31,301 nucleotides of DNA, taken from contig NZ_OMOH01000013.1 of the NCBI RefSeq assembly GCF_900289195.1, positions 23,969-55,269 of the forward strand, read 5' to 3'. The stretch is from Propionibacterium ruminifibrarum. Its GTDB lineage: Bacteria > Actinomycetota > Actinomycetes > Propionibacteriales > Propionibacteriaceae. Of the stretch, positions 24,621-31,301 are shown piece after piece (the stretch's first letter is position 1; each line of letters opens with the position of its first letter). Under the pieces are notes generated by a model that was given only the letters and a program-made list of their open reading frames with translations, was not told where the DNA came from and did no database searches. The position numbers and the translations under genes were made by a program.

Positions 24621-25328
24621 ACCTGTCCGCCGCTTGTAGTCCCTGATCGTGCCCAGTGCGATGGCGGCCGCCGCATCGTTGGGGAAGCCGAACTCGCCGG
24701 TCGAGACGCAGCAGAAGGCGATGCTGGCCAGACCGCTCTCGTCCGCCAGCGTCAGGGTCGAGCGGTAGCAGGAAGCCAGCAGCTCACGGTGCTCGTCGGT
24801 GAGCGGGCCCGTCACGATGGGTCCGACGGTGTGGATCACGTGGCGGGACGGCAGGTTGAACCCCGGGGTGATCTTCGCCGCACCGGTCGGTTCGTCGTGC
24901 CCCTGCGCCCGCATCAGCTCGGCGCACGCCGCCCGCAGCTGGACCCCGGCGGAACTGTGAATGGCGTTGTCGATGCAGCGGTGGTTGGGCACGAAACAGC
25001 CCAGCAGTTTGCTGTTCGCCGCGTTGACGATCGCGTCCACCCTGAGCGTGGTGATGTCGCCCTGCCAGCAGAACAGGTCCGGGTCGTGCGGGGCTGCGGT
25101 CAGCTCATCGAGGCTCGTGACGCCCCTCTCGGCCGTCAGCTCGCCCAGGTAGGCGTCCTGCACTGCCAGGAAGTCCTCGCCCACCGGGGCGGGCAGGCGC
25201 ACGTTCATCAGCCCCCGCAGCAGCCGCTGCTGGTCGTCGGGCCCGGCCGGTACTACGAGGTGGGCGTACTCGGGGTCCTCCGCGAGCAGCGCATTGAGCA
25301 GCCAGCGCCTGCGCTCGGCCTGGCTCAT
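24534..25328 (-). CDS. Macrodomain protein-ADP-ribose hydrolase, of the zinc-containing SirTM-associated type
   Basis: Motifs: WQGDITTLRVDAIVNAANS, LGCFVPNHRCIDNAIHS (Cys/His cluster), FCCVSTGEFGFP, VVLNVFTDLDLRLY. It is collinear, from memory, with the staphylococcal SirTM-operon macrodomain. The ATG at 25328 was chosen by N-terminal alignment; GTG at 25349 is an alternative. Confidence 0.8.
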   Translation of the reverse strand: MSQAERRRWLLNALLAEDPEYAHLVVPAGPDDQQRLLRGLMNVRLPAPVGEDFLAVQDAYLGELTAERGVTSLDELTAAPHDPDLFCWQGDITTLRVDAIVNAANSKLLGCFVPNHRCIDNAIHSSAGVQLRAACAELMRAQGHDEPTGAAKITPGFNLPSRHVIHTVGPIVTGPLTDEHRELLASCYRSTLTLADESGLASIAFCCVSTGEFGFPNDAAAAIALGTIRDYKRRTGSALTVVLNVFTDLDLRLYSELLGGQHSL

Positions 25329-25438
25329 CGTCTGCGGATCGGTCGTCACCCCGTCAGCCTGCCGCCGCCGACGTGAGCGCACAAGACGGCACTTCGCGGT
25401 GCGGTGCTCACCCGCAGGTGACCCGGCTCCGGCCCGCC

Positions 25439-25780
25439 TCACCCGGCGACGTGCTTCTTGTACCCTTCGCCCCACTCCCTCATGGCGTCGAGGACCGGCT
25501 TCAGGCTGTGCCCGAGCTCGGTGAGCGCGTATTCCACGCGCGGCGGAACCTCGGCGTAGACCGTGCGGGTGACCAGGCCGTTCGCCTCCATCGCGCGCAG
25601 CTGCTGGGTGAGCACCTTCTGCGAGATGCCGCCGATCGAGCGCTGCAACTGGCTGAAGCGCAGTGCGCCATCGGCCAGGTCACGCAGGACGAGCACGACC
25701 CACTTGTTCCCGATGAGCGTCAGGGTGGTCTCGACGGGGCAGGAGGGCAGTTCGGCCGGCACCGTGCGCTGATGAGTCAT
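25439..25780 (-). CDS. HxlR-family (winged-helix) transcriptional regulator
   Basis: Motifs: CPVETTLTLIGNKWVVLVLRDL ... RFSQLQRSIGGISQKVLTQQLRAMEANGLV ... PPRVEYALTELG. The size (113 aa) and the divergent NAD(P)H-binding partner are typical of the family. Confidence 0.9.
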   Translation of the reverse strand: MTHQRTVPAELPSCPVETTLTLIGNKWVVLVLRDLADGALRFSQLQRSIGGISQKVLTQQLRAMEANGLVTRTVYAEVPPRVEYALTELGHSLKPVLDAMREWGEGYKKHVAG

Positions 25781-25921
25781 CGCCTGTCAACTCCAATAGT
25801 TTCTTGAAGGTTGCTACAGCACAATCTAGTGCCTTCTTACCAAAAGGCATGAATCCTCTTAATCTTCAGTTGTCAACCGTGAACCCTGAACGCGGACATC
25901 ACGACTGGAGGCAGAAGCATC
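25781..25921. promoter_or_regulatory. A/T-rich divergent promoter region between the HxlR regulator and the NAD(P)H-binding protein
   Basis: This is the most A/T-rich intergenic stretch of the right half of the window. It contains TGTCAAC twice (about 25785 and 25871). GGAGG lies 10 nt before the ATG at 25922. No -10/-35 boxes are claimed. Confidence 0.4.
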
Positions 25922-26557
25922 ATGACCAAGAAGATCGCCGTCGTCGCGGCCAACGGCAAGGCGGGCCGGCTCATCGTCGAGGAGGCCGTCAGGCGCGGCC
26001 ACGAGGTCACCGCCGTGACCCGGTCGGCCAACCAGACGGTCGCGCCCACGAGCATCATCAAGGACATCGCGGCGCTGACCGCCGAGGACCTGGCCGGTTT
26101 CGACGCCGTCGTCGACGCCTTCGGGGCCTGGACCCCCGAGACCCTGCCGCAGCACTCGACCACGCTCGCCCATCTGTGCGACATCCTGTCCGGCACGCCG
26201 ACCCGGCTCGTCGTCGTCGGCGGCGCGGGCTCGCTGTACACCAACCCCGAGCACACCGCTCGGCTCAGTGACGGGCCGGACTTCCCGGAGTCGTTCAAGC
26301 CTCTCGCTGCTGCGATGGGCGCCGCACTGGCCGATCTGCGCACGCGCACGGACGTGGACTGGACCTACATCTCGCCCGCCGCCGACTTCCAGGCCGAGGG
26401 GGAGCGCAGCGGGCGGTACATCGTGGGCGGCGAGGAACTCACGCTCAACGAGCGCGGCGAGTCGATCATCTCCTACGCCGACTACGCGATTGCCGTGGTG
26501 GACGAGATCGAGTCGGGCTCGCACAGCCGCGAACGCATCAGCGTCGTGCGCAAGTGA
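25922..26557 (+). CDS. NAD(P)H-binding (atypical SDR / NmrA-like) protein
   Basis: The N-terminus is KIAVVAANGKAGRLIVEEAVRRGHEVTAVTR (Rossmann GxxGxxG-like). It also has VVVGGAGSL and YADYAIAVVDEIE. Pairing with an HxlR regulator is classic for this family. Confidence 0.85.
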   Translation: MTKKIAVVAANGKAGRLIVEEAVRRGHEVTAVTRSANQTVAPTSIIKDIAALTAEDLAGFDAVVDAFGAWTPETLPQHSTTLAHLCDILSGTPTRLVVVGGAGSLYTNPEHTARLSDGPDFPESFKPLAAAMGAALADLRTRTDVDWTYISPAADFQAEGERSGRYIVGGEELTLNERGESIISYADYAIAVVDEIESGSHSRERISVVRK

Positions 26558-27119
26558 CCCGGACGGACCCGGCCACGGGCCGCAACCCCGCGTGAGGTCC
26601 TGCCCCGCAGGGGAGCCCGCCCGCGCGGGAGCCGCGGTCGTCGACCGGGCACGCCGTCGCGACGGACCAACGGTCCGGCCACCTGCCGAGCCGGGCCTCC
26701 CCTCGTGGACGGGGCGGACCCCGGCGGCCGGTGGGTGAGACGGTCCGGCTCCGGCTTCCGACGGGACGATCGGAGCCGGTGCCGTTCCTTCGCGAAGGGG
26801 TGTTCTCAGGGTCGGGTCCGGGTCGCCGGACACGCCGGGACTTGCCGCGAAGCCCGCTCGGGCCGGGCCCCGCGGTAGGCCCTGCACAGCCCCTCGGGCA
26901 TGCCCGATGGGTCCAGGGTGTTTCGGTGGATCACCTCGGGGGTCGTCGCTCCTATTGCCAGTTTCACAAGGTGAATCACCGTCTTGGTGGGGTCCGGGAG
27001 GGCGTTCTTCGCCGCCTTGGGCCGCGCCTGGGCCGGCACTTCCCCCACCCCCGGATCTGTGGGAATCTCTTTGTGCCCATCCCCCAATGGGAATACCTAC
27101 GATCACAAGGAGTTTTCTC

Positions 27120-27938
27120 GTGAAGAAGTCCATCCCCGCCGCCCTTGCCGGCGCAACGGCGGCGTTGCTCATCCCCTCCATGGCCTCCGCATGCCCCGCC
27201 GACTGCGGCTGGTCGGGGGACCACACCCGGGTCGACGTGAAGGACCACGCGAGCACGAAGACCGACACCACGATGGCCCAGAAGGAAGTCGACCACGCCA
27301 GGAGCTTCAAGGACGCCGGTGCGCACCTGAGCCAGTCCGAGCGTGACTGCTTCCTGGGCAAGGTGCTCGCCGGCTCGTACTACGACAAGGGCAGCCGCAC
27401 CATCCGCACCGATGTCGGCGCCCGGGTCAACGAGAGCACCGACCTCGAACACTTCTCGCACAGCGGCGGTTTCAAGGCCTCCGAGTTCTCCTACTGGCTC
27501 TACGAGCACGAGGACACCTGGTGGAGCAGCAGCTCCCACGGCTACAGCTACCAGGTGGGTGACGTGCTGTCCTTCTCGAAGAAGGGGCAGTTCACCACGA
27601 ACCAGACCAGCGCGGAGTTCTTCTCAAGCGTCACCGTGGTGGCCATCTACGTCGGTGACGGGCGGGTCATCTACTGCGCCAATGACGGATCGAGCACGCA
27701 GATCAAGGAGACCAGCATCGCCACCCTGGAGGCCGAGCTGAACATCACCGTCTCGCTCGTGTCGCGCCCCTGCGACGACGGTGACTCGTCCTCGACCCCG
27801 AGCGAGCAGTCGTCCTCGACGCCCGTCACGAACGCCGAGGACGGAACCGATGAGGATGAGGCCGATGGCGACGGTGACTCGTCCTCTCACGACGGGGACG
27901 ACGATGACGACGAGGATGGCCGGGACGAGTGCGAATGA
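27120..27938 (+). CDS. Secreted protein, paralog A. It has a signal peptide, a conserved core with a weak NlpC/P60-like C-terminal motif, and an acidic tail.
   Basis: GTG at 27120 lies behind AAGGAG. The signal peptide is KKSIPAALAGATAALLIPSMASA. The core is collinear with the 28458 gene (DVKDHAST, DCFLGKVL, WLYEHEDTW, GDVLSFS, VAIYVGDGRVIYCAN). The C-terminus is DGDDDDDEDGRDECE. Confidence 0.75.
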   Translation: MKKSIPAALAGATAALLIPSMASACPADCGWSGDHTRVDVKDHASTKTDTTMAQKEVDHARSFKDAGAHLSQSERDCFLGKVLAGSYYDKGSRTIRTDVGARVNESTDLEHFSHSGGFKASEFSYWLYEHEDTWWSSSSHGYSYQVGDVLSFSKKGQFTTNQTSAEFFSSVTVVAIYVGDGRVIYCANDGSSTQIKETSIATLEAELNITVSLVSRPCDDGDSSSTPSEQSSSTPVTNAEDGTDEDEADGDGDSSSHDGDDDDDEDGRDECE

Positions 27939-28151
27939 TTTGTCATGCAGGCGCCGGGCCGTCACGGCGAACGGCCCGCCCCGGCTCGCCGGTCACCGGG
28001 CTGTCGGTGGTTCATCGCGGCCCCGGTCGAGCCGTCCCCGCGACCCGTGTCCTCTCCGAGGGCACCTGAGGGGCCGGCTCATGGAAGGCGGCTTCGCATC
28101 CTCGTGTCTTCTGCCATAGGGGCCGCCTAAGGTGACCGTGAGCTGGTCGTA

Positions 28152-28196
28152 GGGCCTCCGTCCCCCCGATCCGGGGACGGAGGCCCGCCTTTTCTC
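28152..28196 (+). terminator. Strong rho-independent-type terminator hairpin
   Basis: GGGCCTCCGTCCCC (28152-28165) pairs perfectly with GGGGACGGAGGCCC (28173-28186) across a 7-nt loop, followed by GCCTTTTCTC. It lies about 214 nt after the stop at 27938. Confidence 0.6.
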
Positions 28197-28457
28197 GCGC
28201 CATGATTTCAGCTGGCGGTGAACATGAACCGTGGTGCGGCCGCTCCCTCAGGTGCTGGCCCCGGGTCGCCGTGAGCCGGATGGCTCGCGTCGGGGCGGGC
28301 CGCTTCGGAGTCCGGCCACCAGTGCCCACCACGCGCCGGGGCTCCGCGTCCGGTGGTGGTCCACGTTCCGGAAGGGCGGGCGCCGGGGTCCTCGGGCGCA
28401 TACAATCGACGACTGCACCCCCTAGTGGAGCGCCTCTACCCCAAGGAGCTTTTCTTC

Positions 28458-29738
28458 ATGAAGAAGTCGTTTCCTGCTGCCCTTGTGTGCGCAGCAGCCC
28501 TACTCATCCCCTCCACCGCGTACGCGTGCCCGACCGACTGCAGCACATCCGGCGGTGACAGCAGCACCCAGCTCGACGTGAAGGACCACGCGAGCACGCA
28601 GGTCGACACCGATGCGGCCCAGAAGGAGGTGGACCGTGCCAGGAGCTTCCTGGATGCCGGCGCCGATCTGAGCCAGGACGACCTCGACTGCTTCCTGAGC
28701 AAGGTGCTCGAGGGCTCGTACTACGACAAGGACAGCCGCACAGTGCGCACCGACGCCAGCGAGCGAGTGAGCGAGGACGTCGAGTCCTCGCAGAGCGGCA
28801 CCTACGACGCCTCCCGGCTCGCCCGCTGGCTCTACGAACACGAGGACACCTGGCAGAGCCTGTCCCAGGACTACAAGCTGGGCGACGTGCTGTCCTTCTC
28901 GACCCAGTCGGTCACGAGCCAGAGCAGCGCGGAGTTCTTCGCGAGCATCAAGGTCGTGGCCGTCTACGTCGGTGACGGCCGGGTCATCTACTGCGCCAAC
29001 AATGGCACCGACACCCAGGTCAGGGAGGAGAGCATCGCCACCCTGACGGCCGAACTGAACGTCACCGTCTCGCTCGTGTCGCGCCCCTGCGATCTCGACA
29101 CGTCCACGACAGCTCCCTCGGTTGCGCCGTCCGAGTCGGCGACTGACCAGTCGTGCCAGCGCACCTGCAGCTCCGAGAGCTCGCAGTCCTCGTCCGAGTC
29201 TTCCACCAACGTCTCCAATGAGAACTCGCAGAACTCCTCCTCCAACTCATCGAACACCTCGGAGTCTTCTGAGTCCACGGAGTCCTCCTCCAGCGAGAAT
29301 TCGCAGTCTTCTTCGGAGAGCACCTCCTCGTCCAACTCATCGAACACCTCGGAGTCGTCCGAGTCCACGGAGTCCTCCTCCAGTGAGAATTCGCGGTCTT
29401 CGTCCGAGTCTTCCACCAACGTCTCCAGTGAGAACTCGCAGAACTCCTCGTCTGAGTCCACCGAGTCCTCTTCCAGTGAGAACTCGCAGTCTTCTTCGGA
29501 GAACACCTCCTCCGAGTCCTCCCAGCCCTCGAGCGAATCCTCCGTGGCAGCCCCGCAGCAGAGCAGCAGTACGACGGCCCCGTCCTCGCCCTCCAGCTCC
29601 ACGTCCACGAAGTCCTCGTCACGGCCCAGCAGCCTGCCCCGGACCGGCGCCGGCGCGGTCCTGCCCGTCGCCAGCGTCGCGGTCCTCGCCGCTGCTGCCG
29701 GCGGTTCGATCCTGGCCCGTCGCCGCAGCCGCGTCTGA
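28458..29738 (+). CDS. LPXTG-anchored surface protein, paralog B of the 27120 gene, with a Ser-rich repeat stalk
   Basis: The ATG at 28458 lies behind AAGGAG. The signal peptide is MKKSFPAALVCAAALLIPSTAYA. It shares the conserved core with paralog A, then has a long S/E/N/T-rich repeat region. The C-terminus is LPRTGAG, a hydrophobic stretch, and RRRSRV, which is a sortase sorting signal. Confidence 0.85.
   Translation: MKKSFPAALVCAAALLIPSTAYACPTDCSTSGGDSSTQLDVKDHASTQVDTDAAQKEVDRARSFLDAGADLSQDDLDCFLSKVLEGSYYDKDSRTVRTDASERVSEDVESSQSGTYDASRLARWLYEHEDTWQSLSQDYKLGDVLSFSTQSVTSQSSAEFFASIKVVAVYVGDGRVIYCANNGTDTQVREESIATLTAELNVTVSLVSRPCDLDTSTTAPSVAPSESATDQSCQRTCSSESSQSSSESSTNVSNENSQNSSSNSSNTSESSESTESSSSENSQSSSESTSSSNSSNTSESSESTESSSSENSRSSSESSTNVSSENSQNSSSESTESSSSENSQSSSENTSSESSQPSSESSVAAPQQSSSTTAPSSPSSSTSTKSSSRPSSLPRTGAGAVLPVASVAVLAAAAGGSILARRRSRV
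29170..29540 (+). repeat. Nested imperfect tandem repeats encoding the Ser-rich stalk
   Basis: TCGTCCGAGTCTTCCACCAACGTCTCCA(A/G)TGAGAACTCGCAGAACTCCTC occurs at about 29190 and again at about 29399. CAACTCATCGAACACCTCGGAGTC ... GAGTCCACGGAGTCCTCCTCCAG occurs at about 29244 and again at about 29334. Confidence 0.8.
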
Positions 29739-29768
29739 CGCGTCCTGGCGCCCGCGCCTGAACAAGAA

Positions 29769-29811
29769 CAGGGAGGTCGTCACCACCGTTGCGGTGGTGA
29801 CGACCTCCCTG
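29769..29811. terminator. Perfect 19-bp stem hairpin downstream of the LPXTG gene
   Basis: CAGGGAGGTCGTCACCACC (29769-29787) pairs with GGTGGTGACGACCTCCCTG (29793-29811) across a 5-nt loop. There is no U-tract on the plus strand; the T-rich tract (TTCTTGTT) is on the minus-strand side. It is likely an I-shaped or bidirectional terminator. Confidence 0.5.
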
Positions 29812-29995
29812 CATGTGTGGTGCCGCCCACGATCCGATCGCGCCGCAGAACAGGTCACCATCGGCCGCGTCGTCGGCCAAGGGCTCTCGAAGGCCACGTC
29901 GCGCGGCTCACGGGGCAGGAGTAGCGTGGAGACATCCCCCTCATCCGTTCCCGGGTCAGTGGTGACTCCGCGGAGCGCAGTGGATTGGAGTCATC

Positions 29996-30994
29996 ATGAC
30001 CGGTGGAAATCCCGTTCCCGGTACTGGCGGGAACACCTACGTGCCCTACGAGCAGCGCGACGGCAACGAGTCCGTCGTCTACTTCACCCGAGACCTGTCC
30101 GCCTCCGGGCTGCGCAAGGCCTACACGAGGGTCGCGGGGAACATCACCGGCAAGGTCGGCGTCAAGGTGCACACCGGCGAGCCGAACGGGCCGAACATCA
30201 TCCCGCGGCCCTGGGTGAAGGAACTCGTCGAGCAGGACCTGCCCGGGGCCAACATCGTCGAGACCAATACCTACTACGAGGGCAGCCGTTTCACCACCGA
30301 GCAGCACCGTGAGGCCCTGCTGGCCAACGGCTGGACCTTCGCGCCCGTGGACATCCTCGACGAGTTGGGCACCGCCCTGCTGCCGGTGTCCGGCGGCACG
30401 TGGTTCAACGCGATGTCGGTGGGTGCCAACCTGCTCAACTACGACTCGCTGGTCACCCTGACCCACTTCAAGGGACACGCCATGGGCGGTTTCGGCGGCT
30501 CGAACAAGAACATCGGCATCGGCTGCGCCGACGGCCGTATCGGCAAGGCCTGGATCCACACCGCCCCCGGCGGCGGACAGTGGGGGATCGGCGAGGAGGA
30601 GTTCATGGAGCGCGTCGCCGAGTCCTCCAAGGCGGTCCTCGACCACTTCGGTCGGCGCATCACCTTCGTCAACGTCATGCGGAACATGTCGGTTTCGTGC
30701 GACTGCGAAGGCGTGAATGCCGCACCGGTCGTCACCCCCGATGTCGGCATCCTCGCCTCGGTGGACATGCTCGCCGTCGACCAGGCCTGCGTCGACCTCG
30801 TCTACGCCATGCCGGGCGGCGAGAACAGCGCCCTGGTGGAGCGCATCGAGTCGAGGCACGGCCTGCGCCAGCTCAGCTACATGAAGGAACTGGGCATCGG
30901 CAACGACCGTTACGTGCTCATCGACATGGACAACGGCGACACCCGTATCACCGCGGCCGACGCCGTCGAGGGGATCGTGACGTTTGACAGCTGA
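29996..30994 (+). CDS. DUF362 domain-containing protein
   Basis: VVYFTRDLSASGLRKAY ... VGVKVHTGEPNGPNIIPRPWVKELV ... NIVETNTYYEGSRFTTEQHREALLANGW matches the DUF362 N-terminal pattern as remembered. GGAG lies 6 nt before the ATG at 29996. Confidence 0.75.
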   Translation: MTGGNPVPGTGGNTYVPYEQRDGNESVVYFTRDLSASGLRKAYTRVAGNITGKVGVKVHTGEPNGPNIIPRPWVKELVEQDLPGANIVETNTYYEGSRFTTEQHREALLANGWTFAPVDILDELGTALLPVSGGTWFNAMSVGANLLNYDSLVTLTHFKGHAMGGFGGSNKNIGIGCADGRIGKAWIHTAPGGGQWGIGEEEFMERVAESSKAVLDHFGRRITFVNVMRNMSVSCDCEGVNAAPVVTPDVGILASVDMLAVDQACVDLVYAMPGGENSALVERIESRHGLRQLSYMKELGIGNDRYVLIDMDNGDTRITAADAVEGIVTFDS

Positions 30995-31006
30995 ATCCCG
31001 CGCTGG

Positions 31007-31045
31007 CCCTGCGTTTCTCGTGCGTCATTTCACGACGAGCGCAGG
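31007..31045. repeat. Copy 2 of the repeated intergenic palindromic element
   Basis: CCCTGCGTTTCTCGTGCGTCATTTCACGACGAGCGCAGG starts 13 nt after the DUF362 stop. By eye, about 34 of 39 positions are identical to 22926-22964. Confidence 0.6.
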
Positions 31046-31191
31046 GCGAAGTGGAAGGCGTGGAAGCAACGGAGCATTGTGGGAACAGGCGACAGCAGAC
31101 TGAGCGACTTCTGACCGCGTGGAATCAGTGCCTTGGCGGGGCGATGAACGCGATGGCGAACCATGCTCACCCGTCGAAGGCGCGGTAGAGC

Positions 31192-31301
31192 CTAGGTGTA
31201 CTGATCGGGGATGTTGGTTAACCGTGTGATGGGTGGGAGGTTCCCGCAGGCCGTGTGGGGTCTGTGGTGATTGTAGAAGTGGATCCAGCTGGCCAAGGCA
31301 T
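31192..31301 (-). mobile_element. 3' end of an IS481-like (rve/DDE integrase-type) transposase gene, truncated by the right window edge
   Basis: The reverse-complement translation from 31299 reads ALASWIHFYNHHRPHTACGNLPPITRLTNIPDQYT, then a stop (TAG at 31192-31194). W-x2-FYN-x2-RPH-x-A-x-G-x2-P is the conserved C-terminal motif of IS481/IS3-type DDE transposases. It is absent from the ORF track because the fragment is shorter than 60 aa. Confidence 0.7.

Noticed and set aside
26900-27119. A possible c-di-AMP (ydaO-type) riboswitch upstream of the NlpC/P60-like gene. AAGGTGAATCACC and GGTGGGGTCC loosely recall the GGGGUGAAUC and GGGGACCCA boxes.
   Set aside because: The boxes are in the wrong order and imperfect, the conserved 3' CCCGA...GCUAACCUCGUA segment is absent, and the second paralog's leader shows no counterpart. 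Only a covariance-model search could revive this idea.
25859-27361. A 500-aa minus-strand ORF spanning the NAD(P)H-binding gene, the long leader and the start of the secreted protein
   Set aside because: It is antisense to two well-supported genes, has Pro/Gly/Arg-rich low complexity, and has no start context.
28988-30859. Minus-strand and alternative-frame ORFs over the Ser-rich repeats and the DUF362 gene (28988-29608, 29062-29880, 29122-30312, 29855-30859)
   Set aside because: The acidic EEDSVDSD repeats are the reverse-complement image of the Ser-rich codons. The others are shadows of the DUF362 gene.

Overview
This is a high-GC window, probably Actinomycetota (inferred from GTG starts, an LPXTG anchor and codon bias). 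It has four parts. (1) Positions 1-9708 hold a compact type III CRISPR-Cas signalling locus. A CRISPR array fragment (36-bp repeats, running off the left edge) converges on a six-gene, translationally coupled minus-strand operon. The operon order is TIR-SAVED effector, HD-less Cas10 with an intact GGDD cyclase motif, two multi-RAMP (Cas7-type) fusion proteins, a small subunit, and a large RAMP protein interrupted by a frameshift. No cas6, cas1 or cas2 is visible in the window. (2) Positions 10553-19851 hold two tandem histidine-phosphatase paralogs in which the second catalytic His is replaced. They face four tandem paralogs of a polytopic membrane protein with a beta-propeller-like ectodomain. 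The four paralogs arose by duplication of a two-gene unit of about 3.9 kb and carry a 204-bp perfectly identical conversion tract. (3) Positions 20146-25328 hold an NAD/ADP-ribose-themed neighbourhood: an ADP-ribosylglycohydrolase, CoaBC, a class-M-like sirtuin, a B-box zinc-finger membrane protein and a zinc-type macrodomain hydrolase. (4) The remainder holds an HxlR regulator with a divergent NAD(P)H-binding protein, two paralogous secreted proteins (one LPXTG-anchored with a Ser-rich repeat stalk), a DUF362 protein, and the 3' end of an IS481-like transposase at the right edge. All functional calls come from motif recognition by eye. No database search was run.
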